Counted from the first letter of the stretch, positions 45,601 through 57,612 are shown. The stretch is 64,000 nucleotides of DNA from Vitrella brassicaformis CCMP3155 (GCA_001179505.1 CDMY01000458.1:1-64000); one strand, 5' to 3'. Made by a program: numbers and translations. Notes: generated by a model not told the origin, from the sequence alone.

Positions 45601-45910
45601 TCTGGCAACGTTCTGCACGTCAAATATATCGGGCCGCGCCTCGAGCACCTCCATGAGGGTCATGGGGTTGCGGGGGTAGGCCTCCTTTAGCGACAGCATC
45701 AAACTCCGACCATAGTGCGCCGAATAACTGCAACACCACACCATCATCCACCAGAATGGATGGATGGATGTGTGTGTGTGCAGGGCAGGGCACCGACCTT
45801 GCGGCGAGTTGTTCGATGGCGAGTGGCTGCGGCCTCAGCAGATCCACCAGCTGGTTTGTCAGAGAGACCGCATCCGGGCTGAGGTGGGCCGCCATCCGCA
45901 GAGCCACCAT
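41717..45910 (-). CDS. OAS-like (2'-5' oligoadenylate synthetase fold) nucleotidyltransferase, probably catalytically inactive, with three N-terminal OST-HTH/LOTUS-like domains
   Basis: Spliced protein contains VSALCEILATQSFLAVTEVVRGGGVGKGLVTLEKADALIVLMV (OAS: [25 protein letters not shown]), IRIQLSPVY (VEFDVLPAF), VKEAMRLVHLW, PSDYLLELLGIHA (PPQYALELLTVYA), FASLNLTW, RPLVMDPADPFTNL (RPVILDPADPTGNL). About 17 exons; start codon tentative. Confidence 0.82.
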
Positions 45911-46127
45911 GTCAAACGGGACGCCGCTGGCCGACACAGCCTGCAGGCAGCAACACAGACAGCACACGCTCAACGACACAGACAGATACCTGTGCACCAC
46001 CATGTGTTTGTTGCCACTACCATCGCAAGGCGATTCCGGTGTTGTAAACACAACGGAAAGCGACCAGCGTTCTGATCTCTGAGTCTTACCCGTGTATCAA
46101 GACCATCCATTCACGCAGGGAAGAAAA

Positions 46128-48394
46128 ATGGGCGCCTTTAAGGGCTGCAAAGCGGCCTACTGGTCCGTGGCCGTGCTGGCCATCCTGAAATGGTTCTTCC
46201 TCCGAGCCATCACCCTCGTCAACCTCTCTCCAGCTGCAGCAGATAGCCATCTGGACCAGCCCCTGTTGCTCACATTCCTCACCTTCCTTCCCACGACCGC
46301 CCTGTCCACCGTGCTCGTCGTGTGGCTCCTGTGGTGGTGGTGGTGGTGTGCGCCGCTGGAGGAGGGCGACAGACCCAGACCACCCCAGGGCCCCCCGGTG
46401 GCCTCGGCCGCCTCGGCAACCATGGTGGCCTCTGCGGCCGGCGTCCCGCCCGGCACGCCAGAGATCGCTATCGTCGAGAGGGGGCTGCTCTCATCACCGA
46501 TGGCACACGGAGCGAGGCTCTCCCTCGCTGAGGCGGTGTGCCGGATGCTGTGGCTGGGGTTCATGCCGGCGGTGCTGGACGCCCTCGCCACGGTCATGCT
46601 GCTATACGCCTTTGTCCGCCTTCCCAATGGGCTGTTCTCTCTGCTGCGGTCCTCCCTCCTCGTGTTTGTGCCCATCTGCTGCCAGTGTGTGCTGCACGCC
46701 GGCGTGCTGACGCGGATGCAGCATGTGGGGGGCTGGGTCGTTGCCGCGGGGCTTGCTCTTGCGGCGTATACGGCGGTGTTTGAGCAGCCGGCCACTGCTG
46801 GTGCTGGTGTGGGTGTGGTGTTGGCTTTGGCGGCGGGGTTGATGCAGGCGGTGCATGTGGTGTGGGAGGCGGTGTGCTATGAACAGCTTCTCGACCCGAA
46901 CGAGGCGGAAGGTCTCAGATCGGTAGGTTGCGTGGTGATGTGCGCGGCGGTTTTGTGGGCATGGATGGCTGGATGTGTGTGTGTGTGTGTGTGTGTGTGC
47001 AGGTGGTGTTTGTGTGTCTCGAGGGGTTTTGGAGCATGGGCATGGTGGTCGTCGTCATGTTTGTCGTCCCCCTGCACACCAGGGTCGACTTGTGGCACAC
47101 AGCCGTCCTGGTACACACACACACACACACACACACACATGAAGGAGGACAAGGGGGAGGGGCTGCATCGCATCGGCCGTCTGTCAGAGTTTGTTCTGCG
47201 TGTGTCGTGTCGTTGTGTGCAGGGATTTCACAACGAGGCCCTCCTGCTGTGTGCGGGCGGATTCACTCTACTGGCGGCGATGCACCTCTACAGTGAGGGA
47301 GACGGAGAGAGCACACAGACAGACCAGACAGACGGAGAGGCCGTCTCTTTCTCATGCTATGCCGTCTCTGTTCCCTCTGTCAGCCGTTTTTTGCTGCTAT
47401 GACCAAGCAGCTGGCCACAGATGCCTTGCGGAACTCCTGACAACACTCGCCATGTGCGCCTGCCTTTGTATGCCGACACGCATCTATGTCTCTGTGTGTC
47501 TGTCTGTCTCTCTCTGTGTGTGTGCAGGTATGGGTTGGACGAGCTGCTGTGGCGCTATTATGGGTATGAGGGGTACGGCCCCATCTTTGTCCACTCCGTC
47601 GATATGGCCTTCAAGATCGTGGGCGTCGGCCTCGTCACAGCTGGCAAGAACACCAGACCACATCACTGCGCGGCGAATGTGGTGCTGTTGTCCATCTCTC
47701 TCTGTCTCTGTGTGTGTCTGTGTGTGTCTGTGGTTGTGCTGGCTAGGTACAATGTTGTACGCCGAGTGCGCGTCGATTCGGGACTGCTGCCCGCTGACCC
47801 TCCCCCCTCCCCGACCAGCCCCGCTACACATCCCCGACAACCACATGTTCGCTCCCAACGCCCCGCCCCCCTGCACAGCCAAGTACATGCCCCGCCATCC
47901 CCTCATCCCCCCTCTACTCAAACAACCGAAGACCACCCACCACGGTGCACACAAGGGGGCCCCTCATCGGCCCTCTGCGACGCCTGGAGCCGCCCAGCAG
48001 CAGCAGTGGCAGTGGCAGCGAGGAGGCGCTCGCGAGAGTGGGGCAGCAGCTGCAGAGGCCTGTGCGGAACCTGATCCGCTTTCTGAGGGACGGACATCCC
48101 CCCGAGAGCATGACGCGCGCCACGAGCCTGCAAGAGCCGATTCTTCCTCGTGGTGGGGGTGAGGACCATGACCATGATCAGGGGCGAGAGATATATGAGG
48201 CGCTGGCGGGAGAGCTGCGAGGCCCTGATGGGGGGAGTGGAAACGGAGACGCTGTCACGCCGCGGACGGCTGATGCGGTGCTGGAGCGTCCTCATGGGCA
48301 GTGGCGGCCACATGTGCCGGTGACGTATGTGGCCAATACGTATGCCAACACACCGAGGGCTGGCACTGGCCACCACAGTGGCACCCAGCAGTGA
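46128..48394 (+). CDS. Drug/metabolite-transporter superfamily protein, SLC35F/nucleotide-sugar transporter-like
   Basis: About 9-10 hydrophobic segments; QPLLLTFLTFL, PAVLDALATVMLLYAFVRLPNGLFSLLRSSLLVF, VCLEGFWSMG; long hydrophilic C-terminal exon ending at 48394. Confidence 0.75.
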
Positions 48395-48879
48395 GTGAAT
48401 GATACCTGGGCCTGTGGGGTGGTGGGTTGGGGTGTGGGTGTTGGTGCGGGTGTGGGTGTTGGTGCGGGTGTGGGTGTGGGTGACGCTGTGCCGTCCTCTC
48501 TCGGTCGGTAGCCGTTGTTGGCGTTTTGTGTGTCTGTAGCGAATTGGCTGCCGGGCGGCAGCACAGTCATTGAGTGCACAGAGACAGCCAGACGGATTGA
48601 GGATTGTGTGTGGGGGAGGATCTTGCCTGCGTCCCGTCCTCCATGGTGTCTGTCTGTCTGTCTCGGCTCGCATATCTCCTCCCTGCCCATCCAACGACTA
48701 GATAAAGGAAAAACCGAAAACCATGACTGACTCAAATCTCTTGAACTGACTTGATAAATCACCACGACACACACACACACACACACCCATCCATCCATCC
48801 GCCACCCCTCCCTCTGTCTCTTCCCTTTGTCTGTCTGTCTGTCTACTGCTGCCACCCACCTTCGGCCTGTCGATCCGCT

Positions 48880-49800
48880 TCGCCATCTTCCTTCCACGCA
48901 GACGACAAGGCATGGAGGACACGCGCCGCAGCTCGACAGCCAGGTAACTTAACAAGACGACGCCGTACACAGACAATATACACACACCACCACAAGCGGC
49001 GCGTCCCGCTTACCCACCACAGACAGAGCGAGGCGGATGCACAGCACAGACACACGGACACACACACACAGATGCATAAAACACTAAAGCCAACTGTACT
49101 GCAGGTCAGGTGAGTCACATGCCAATAAGGCTGGTACGATACGCCGGGTAGTAGCATGCAATTGAATTGTGACACACCCGTCCCGTCAGTAAGCAGTACC
49201 TGACTTTCCCCGTCAGTATGAATAACGCAACGCAACGCAACGCTGTCTATGTGTGTACTAAAATGTCGATCAAACATCACTAGGTACACACATAGTGGCT
49301 GGCTGAGAATACCCCACACACCACGCCACACCACACCACACCACACCACACCCGGTAGGCTGACGACCAACGGAAAAAGACAGACAACACATGATCTCTC
49401 CGACGACACGAGCAAACAACTCTCGCAACCAAGTAAGCAGCTTCTAAGGGTAAGTGTATGTGTGTTGGGGGATGGGATGGCCTCTGGTTCAGACCGTACT
49501 GGGTAGGCGCAAGACAGGCAGGGAGGGACGGAAAACCATGTAGCTGCCCTCACCACACACGGACAGGTGTGTGTCTGCTGTCAGGGCTGCGACGCCAAGA
49601 CACCACACACGCACCTGTCGGTGGACGATGACGTCAGCTACATGGGCAGTGAGGTACACGATCCACAGGAAGCTAAGCTTAACCAAATAACGCAAAACAC
49701 GCGAAACACCTGAGAGACCCACACACACACACAGAGAGACAGAGGGTAGTAAGATGCCAACCACAGGCAGCCTTGTCAACCTCTCCTCTCCCCCTCCCTC
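48880..49800 (-). CDS. Possible small membrane protein (fragmentary exons)
   Basis: Blocks VSRVLRYLVKLSFLWIVYLTAHVADVIVHRQ and YGVVLLSYLAVELRR; gene model not resolved. Confidence 0.25.
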
Positions 49801-49844
49801 ACCTAAATCAATCACTCAGCAGACGATCGATGTCCATGCATGAA

Positions 49845-50564
49845 TCAGTTGCCGCCCTCCTGGCCTTCCTGGCCCTCCTGGAACTCCTGCTGGTCCCTCT
49901 CCTCCTGCCGCAGCTCGTCAGTGGCCTCATCGGGGTCGACCAGCTGATCTTCAGGCACCGTCAGCCACTCAGGAACCGGCCACTTGCGAGTCACGAAACT
50001 GCCGACCAACACACACACGCACTCCTCCAATCTGTGTCTTTGTTTCTGCTCTCTCTTTAATGCATTGTCAGTCACCTCATTGGCGCAGCGTCGCCGAACA
50101 CGGCTGCGATTCGGCACTGTGGGCATTTCTGCAGATTGAGCTTCTTGATGAAGGCCACAACGTCGTACGAGTAGAGGAGGGCGTCGACGTCCCCGTCAAT
50201 AAGAGAATGGGCCATAGAGGACAGGCCCACCACCGGCACAAGCGTCGCCTGACACAGACACACACACACACAAACACCGGCCCAACGACATACTCTCTCT
50301 GTTGTGCTTCCGCCCCGTACGTTAGGGAAGAGCATGAGGGCCATCTGCGCTCGAGTGGTGCCGGCGATGAAGCCTATCCTGATGGAAGGCGTGTTGAGTG
50401 CAGCGACCCCGCGGCTCTCCTCCTCCGTCAGACTGAGGCCGGGGAATGCGCTCAGGTCTGCTGGTGGGGCGCCCTCTGGGACGGTCAGATTGGCGGCCTG
50501 AGGACCCAGGATGATCGCCGTCTGGTCGCCAGCCAGATAAGGACAGGTGAACCCTGCACACACA

Positions 50565-50599
<35 letters not shown>

Positions 50600-53500
50600 G
50601 GAGGGAGGGAGAGGGGGGGTGGGTGGTCTCCCTTGGCCAGCTCACCGGCGAATTGTTGCCTCAGGGGTGTCCTGAAGATGCTGGCGGTAACGACGTCGTA
50701 GTGGTCGTCATAGAGCGGGGCCACCAGGTCGACGAAGAAGTGCGTCACGACGGGCCGGTGGACGAACTGCACCTCGATCTCGGTGTCATACGCGATGGAC
50801 AGGCCCTTGACAATCGCGCCGATCAGATCGACCTCAAATCCCCACACAGTACCGTTCGGCAGGCGATAAGCGAAAGGGGGATAGTCAAAGTCCGACCCCA
50901 CCCACAGCACGCCCTCGTCAAGCACTCTTGCAAACGTCCCTGTGGCATTTCGTGGGTCAGGCAGAGTTGCCGAGCACTCTCCCTCGGCGAGGCTGGTTGC
51001 GGCGACGGACGGCAGGCCCTCGCTGGCGTTGCCGGCGAAGAAGCGCTGCCATATGGTGGCCCAGCCGCCATTGCCCTCCAGGTAGGCAATCGCGGCCGAG
51101 AGGGCGTCCTGAAGCTGCTGGTCGCCCTCATTGGGGATGTCTACCGCTGCAGAGGGGCTGCCCTCCTGCTGCTGCTGCTCCTCTCCTTCTGCTGCTGGCG
51201 GTGCGGTGGTGGCCTCGAGGAAGGTGTCCTCGACTTGGAGGGCACGTGACTCGCTGGACGTCTCGGCCACTGCATCGTGAACACACACAGGGACGGTGTG
51301 CTGATGGATGGATGGATGCCCTACCTTGTGGAAGCTCTGATCCGTCTTCTTCGCTGACCCAGACGCCCCCGTCCGGCGAGCTGCTGTCCTCGAGGAAGTA
51401 GTAGGTGTTCCCATCCTCGGTGAAGAAGTAGGTGTTGTTGCACAGGACGATCTCGCCGTCAACGGCACCCACTTGATCGCACTGCTCGTCACTGACAGAC
51501 ACCAAATAATCAGGAGAGAAGGAGAGGGCCCGTGTGTGGAGAGAGAGAGGGGGGGGGGGGGGGGGGGGGNNNNNNNNNNNNNNNNNNNNNNNNNNNNNNN
51601 NNNNNNNNNNNNNNNNNNNNNNNNNNNNNNNNNNNNNNNNNNNNNNNNNNNNNNNNNNNNNNNNNNNNNNNNNNNNNNNNNNNNNNNNNNNNNNNNNNNN
51701 NNNNNNNNNNNNNNNNNNNNNNNNNNNNNNNNNNNNNNNNNNNNNNNNNNNNNNNNNNNNNNNNNNNNNNNNNNNNNNNNNNNNNNNNNNNNNNNNNNNN
51801 NNNNNNNNNNNNNNNNNNNNNNNNNNNNNNNNNNNNNNNNNNNNNNNNNNNNNNNNNNNNNNNNNNNNNGGTGGTGTGTAGGGATGCATGGCTGGTCTGC
51901 TCACTCTGCGGGTGGTGGCTGTGGGTCTTGGCCGCCTGTTGTGGCATTGCCCGGGGCGAAGAAGTACGTCTGATTGCCTTCACACACACACACACACACA
52001 CGACCAGAGAGTGTGAGAGTACACTTCTCTCGCGGTCTCTCTCGGCATCGGCATCGGCGTACCAACGGTGTAGAAGTATGTGCCGTTGTAGTACTGCAGC
52101 TCGCCCTCAACGTCCTCCAGACCCGGCACATCCACAGCCTCGCCCTCGTCAGGGATGAACCTACACACACACACACACACACATGGCACAAGTGGCGGCA
52201 TGCTTGTGAGTCGTATCCCTCCACTCACTCCACTCGCTGACTCACCCCGCAGGTGGCGACTCCACGCCCTGCTCCCCTTCAAACAGCTCGGGAGAGTACG
52301 GCAGATCAGCAGGGGGCAGATAGGAGTTGGGATCGTAGTACTGGTCTTCTGTCGAGGTGGTTGGTGGCGCCTCCTCGCCGGTCGTCACTTCCTCACACAC
52401 GCCCTCATAGCAACTGGCCGAGCAGCACTGCACCGAGTCGGCGCACTCAAACCCTCCCTCGGCACAAGCCGTCGAGTAGTAGACGGTGGTGTCGTACCGG
52501 TCGTCGCCATAGTCAGCGTACCCCCCATAACCGACAAACGGATACCACCACCCTCCGCCTCGGACGGGCAGCACCACAGGGATCGGATAGCGCCACCGTG
52601 GGAAGCGCCAGAACCTCGGGCGGTAGGAGAATGGCGGCCTGTAGAGGCCTGGCGGAACGGGGTATCTTCTCCTCACGGGCGGCCTCACTGGCACGCGTCG
52701 AGGGATTGGGACGCCCACCCTGGGTGGGGGGAGGGGTCTGCGAGCCACCGGCAGCCGGGGTCTCGGCGGCACATACGGACGACGCGCACCAGGACGGAAC
52801 GACTGAGCACATCACATAGAGCACAGACCAGGTGAGATGGGGAGGTAGGCAAACGCCCTCCGTGCCACCTCAGCTGACTCACCGGTGGCCTGGGTCTGAA
52901 AGCGGGTGGCCTGGCCGCAGGTGGCCTCGGCCGAGGGCCTGCACCTGGACGGCCAACAGGAGGCCTCACAGCTGGTGGGCGAGGCCGCGGACCTGGTGCA
53001 CCTGGCCGTGGGCCCGGCCCGCCCGGACGAGTCGCAGGGGGCCTTGGCGGTTGAGGGCGCGGCGCGGGGCGGGTACCCGGCCGAGGAGCGACTGGCTGAC
53101 CGGGACGAGCACCGCGGTCCCATTGCCTGATCGGGTGACACGCACATCACATGAGGCAATGGTAGGTACGTGTCCCTGTCCTCTCCCCGCCCTCGTTCGC
53201 TCACCGTGCGACTTGGTTGGCTCTGTTGGCGAGATCGGGGCTGATCTGACCCGACGGGCGACTGGGCTGCGACCTGGACGGGGATGGCCGTGGCTGTGGC
53301 TGAGGCCTTGGCTGCGATGGCCGTGGCTGTGGTCTCTGGACGGGCCGAGAGGGAGCAGTGGGCCGACTCTGGACAGGAACACGAGCACCACCTCCCTGTG
53401 TGAGCAGACAGCACCACACACACACACGGAAGAGCCAGTTCAGCCGTCCCTTCTGCCGTGAGGTGCGTCCTGCCTGTGATGTGAGGTGATGTCTGTGTGT

Positions 53501-53742
53501 GCCTACCCCGCTGTAGCCTCCTCCGCCGAAGGAACGGCCTCCTCCGCCGCCTCTAAAGCCTCCCCGGCCGCCACCTCGACCTCGCTGCGCATCTGAGAAC
53601 GTCACAAAATCAGTGATTGGTCAGATCTGTGTTCTGACGGGTATATCTGTGTGCATGGGTGCGTGTGGGAGGCCCCATGCCCACCTGATGCGATAAGGAT
53701 GGCGGCGGCCAGAAGGAGCAGATTCTGACAAAACCTTCTCAT
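49845..53742 (-). CDS. Secreted modular protein: RGG, Pro/Arg-rich region, six-Cys knottin-like motif, N-x-T/YF repeats, and a type 2 periplasmic-binding (SBP_bac_3-like) domain
   Basis: Signal MRRFCQNLLLLAAAILIAS-DA; SBP motifs RVLDEGVLWVGSDFDYPPFAY..GFEVDLIGAI..LYDDHYDVVTASIFRTPLRQQFAGFTCPYL..IGFIAGTT..LIDGDVDALL; last exon SFVTRKWP..GGN* ends at 49845. Confidence 0.75.
51570..51869. other. Assembly gap (300 N)
   Basis: Exactly 300 N after a poly-G run, within an intron. Confidence 0.95.
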
Positions 53743-53814
53743 GGTTGGGGTCAGGGAGAGTACGACAAGGAGAGTGACAGTCAGACAAAGCCAGCGAGAG
53801 ATCCTTCTCCCTTC

Positions 53815-53832
53815 AGCTCGCATCTGCGAGCT
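53815..53832. promoter_or_regulatory. Palindromic pair AGCTCGCA-TC-TGCGAGCT in a 110-bp bidirectional promoter
   Basis: Lies between divergent starts 53742 and 53853. Confidence 0.45.
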
Positions 53833-53852
53833 TAGCCGCAGAGTTTCTCTCG

Positions 53853-55944
53853 ATGGCTTTCTCCTGCGTATCTGTGACCGTGGTGGTCTCCCTGGTGGCC
53901 CTCGTGTGGCCTGGATCCTCTGTTGCTTCTCATGGCGACTCACGGCGGAGTCCGCCCAACATATACCGCAAAGCGGCTCAGCACCATGCCCATGCGGCAG
54001 CAGGGGAGAGCGGAGGGCCGGCATACGTCACCAAGTACTTCTCCAGCGACGTTGATCACTTTAACTATGAGGGTAGGATCAGCGGATCACTGACTCGGAG
54101 ACGGTCAGTTCAGAATCTGTCTGCTCTGCCGTTGCGGTGTGTGCAAAGACAACAGGACGTTCGCTATGCGCGTGTTGGTCAACGAGGAGCGGTGGGATGG
54201 ACAGAAGGGGCGGCCAATTATCTTCTACACAGGTGCGTCGGTGGGGGTGACTGGCTGTTGGATGGTCATTCATTCATGACTCTCGGTGTGGTGTGCAGGC
54301 AATGAGGGTCCCATTGACTTGTTCTGGAACAACAGCCGCTTCTGGACGGAGACCGTCCGCGACCACTTTGGCGGCGTTGTGGTGTTCGCCGAGCACCGCT
54401 ACTTCGGAGAGACCATGCCCTTCGGCAACAAGTCATTCGAGCGACAGAATATCGGATACTGCACCATCGAACAGGTGGACAGGACACGTTGGGGTGCCAT
54501 CCATCCATCCATCCATCTATCCATCCGACCATTTGTGTGTGTCTTTCTCTTGTCAGGTGCTGGAGGACTATGCGGTGCTGCTGATGCGCCTCCAGTCGAC
54601 CAAGTACGGTAGGGGGCCGATACTGGCAGGTGGAGGGTCATACGGCGGCATGCTGGCAGCATGGTTCAGGTTTGTGGAAACCGCCACGTCAGCCAGCCAC
54701 ACACACTGCTCTCACTGTCCTCCGTGTGCAGGTTGAAGTACCCCTCTCTGGTGACGGGCTCCCTGGCCGCCTCGGCACCGGTGCTGCAATACGTCAACAT
54801 GACCGACCAATACATGTGGTTCGCCAAGGTTACTGAGGACTTTCGATCAGCCGGCTGTGCCGACGGCATCAAGACGGCATTCACGTTTCTGGAACAAGCC
54901 ACCAAGACTCTCAAACACAACAAAAAGGACAAGGCCACGGCGGCTCTGCGGCACTCACACAGGCAGACGGACGAGCGGCAGCAGACAGTGGATGATCTCG
55001 CCGGCACCTTCTCCACCTGCACACCCATCGAGAACGGCACCCAGGTCGAGTCGCTCATCGCGTGGATGATGGACGCGTTCGGCGAGCTGGCGATGGTCGA
55101 CTATCCCTACCCGGCCTCGTTTCTCGGCTCACTGCCTGCCTGGCCCGTCACCAAGTTCTGTGAGGGGTACGGCAGCACTGCTGCTGCTGCTGCTAGTGTG
55201 TCCGATCGGCGTGGTGTGTGGATGGCCATGAGGAGGGGGCTGGACGCAGCGGGGCTGGCGGAGAAGGGCAAGTGCCTCAACATACAGACCACGGGCGAAG
55301 ACGACTCACTCGGTGAGCAGATGAACAGAAAGGGGCAACCACATGGTTCATTGCTGTATGTGTGACGGTGTTCATTTAGGCGCTTTGGATGGGTGGGACT
55401 ATCTGACGTGCACGACGCAGAGCATGCCCATCGGCAGCAACGGTGACACCGACATGTTCCCTCCGTCGCCATACAACCTCACCGCTGTCGTCGACGGATG
55501 CCGCAAGAAATACGGTGTCACGCCAGACTTCACATGGCCCAGAAGGTGAGATATGAGAGGACCTCCGACACGACACACCGACCGACCCACCCACAAGTGT
55601 GTGTGTGTGTCTATGTCTATGTTGGTCGTGTCAGGTATTCTAACTACTTCGAGGGCTGCAGCAACATCATCTTCAGCAACGGGCTGCTCGATCCATGGTG
55701 GACCGGCTCCTTCCACCACTCGCCTTCGCCGTCGTGTGTGGTGCTCAACGTCACTGAGGGAGCCCATCACCTCGACCTGCGTGCGCCGTCGGACGAGGAC
55801 CCTTTGTCTGTGCGGCGTGTGCGTGAGAGGGAGCTGGGCATCATGCAGGGGTGGGTTGACGCATTCTATGGTGCTGCTGCTGCTGCTGGAGAGGAGAGGA
55901 GACGGCGGGGAGAGGAGGGCAGGGAGACATTGGTCTACCAATGA
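53853..55944 (+). CDS. PRCP: Peptidase S28, lysosomal Pro-X carboxypeptidase / DPP7-like
   Basis: Signal peptide; VDHFNY, IIFYTGNEGPI, VVFAEHRYFGETMPFG, GGSYGGMLAAWFRLKYP (nucleophile Ser), SNIIFSNGLLDPW (Asp), GAHHLDLR (His). Confidence 0.92.
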
Positions 55945-56699
55945 AGAGACAGACAGACAGACAAGAGACTGTGTGGTGGGTGGGTGGGTCGTGGCTGAGC
56001 TGTGGATAGGGTGAATAGCGTTGCGGTTGCTTGGCGAACGAGATCATGGGGAGTCCTTTCTGTTGCCGTCGTGATGTACCAGATGGACTCATGCAGCGAC
56101 AGGGACGCGTCCGGTGGTCCGAGCAGGCCATCGTCGATGTGTTCTTGTTGTTGTAGGTCACCCACTGATCGCCACGACGGCCGACTGGCCATCACAGAAG
56201 TGGTTGACATTGCATCCAGATGCGCGCAGACGGAGAGCAGTGAGCCGCTCTTTTGCGCGTGCTTCCGTGCCGGACGGAGATGTCTTTATTATGGGTGTCC
56301 CTGATGAATGAATGCTGCAATTACTGGACGAAACCGTGCTGAAGGCGTATCCTTCATGAGTGACAGAAGCCATTGACATGCACTACACGCATGCAGACAG
56401 GTCGTGAGACGCTGTCAGTCAGCTGTTGTCCACATCTATCTGTCTGTATACGAGATGCAGGCACACGTACAGATCACTTGGAGGATAACAAGAAAGAAAC
56501 CAGTCAGTCACTGTGCCGATCGACCTACTATGTGTGTATCTAAAAAGTGAGCGCAGTGGTCGAGGAGGAGGAAGACCAAACATCAATCACCCGACTCCAA
56601 ATGACAACAAACAACAGTATGCTCACGTACTGAGCCGAGTGTATCCAGGTGTGCTCTCTCTCTACCACCACTCACATGCAAACACACTGAAAACTGTCT

Positions 56700-57345
56700 T
56701 GCTTCTTCTCTGCCTCCCCCTCGCCCCCCTGCCTCTCAGCCCGAACAGCATCAACTCGAGGGTCTTCCCGTCGTCTCCTCCCTTGACAGGCAGAAGACCA
56801 ACACAGACACAGCATACAGCACATCCACGGTGGACTGCACGCCACGCCCCTCGTCCACCTGTGTGCTCACTGACCTGCTTGCTGCCCTGCCGGTGTCGAG
56901 ACGATTGTGCTGCTGGCGTGTAAATCTTGATTGAACGAATGCACAGACAGAAGGGAACACATGCAGAAGGGAGGGCAGGTCACAAATGAAAAGCTGGTCC
57001 CCGCCTGTCAGTCTGGCCGTTGGATGCATCATCGACGTACGTACTTACCTGAGTTGGGCACACGGCGGAATGAGATGAAGTTCCCCCCTTGTTCCGTCCA
57101 CTCCGTGCCTTCCCCTTCAGCGAAGAACTGGCTCGTCGGGACAGTCCGGTCCTTGACGAGGTCGTGACCGATGAACTGACAGAGAGACAGACAGACAGAG
57201 GTGACCCACTGGAGGTCATTGCCATCCACCCCTCCCTCCCTCCCCTTGCCTGAATCTCGCTCGCCCGCGCATTCTGGACATTCCCGTACAGCTCGAAGAG
57301 ATGCTCCTGCACGTCGCCGATTGTCGGGGGGTCTGGGACACACTA
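56700..57345 (-). CDS. Hypothetical protein fragment with a GC-AG intron
   Basis: Exons ~57345-57250 and 57175-~57050 give QEHLFELYGNVQNARASEIQ|FIGHDLVKDRTVPTSQFFAEGEGTEW..FRRVPNS; downstream exons uncertain. Confidence 0.45.
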
Positions 57346-57432
57346 GGCTGCTGTGGTGTCTGAGTCTGGGTCGTATGCGGATACCCCTGAACGACCATCA
57401 GTCATGTTGTAGAATCGCACGATCTCTCCTTT

Positions 57433-57612
57433 CGTCATCGAGAGTTTGTCACACGGCGGAAGAAGATGCTCTTCTTCCAGTCCGTGCCTTCCTTTTCACC
57501 AAAGAACTGGCTCGTCGGGATAGTCCGGTCCTTGACGACATCGTGACCGACGAACTGAATCTCGCTCGCGCGCGCACCCTCGGTATGCCTGTACAGCACG
57601 ATGAAATGCCGC
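57433..57612 (-). pseudogene. Intronless paralogous copy of the 57050-57345 coding segment, 5'-truncated
   Basis: RHFIVLYRHTEGARASEIQFVGHDVVKDRTIPTSQFFGEKEGTDW..FRRVTNSR*. Confidence 0.55.

Noticed and set aside
52240-52780. Penaeidin or proline-rich antimicrobial peptide
   Set aside because: The Pro/Arg + six-Cys resemblance is compositional; the segment is an internal exon of a much larger protein.
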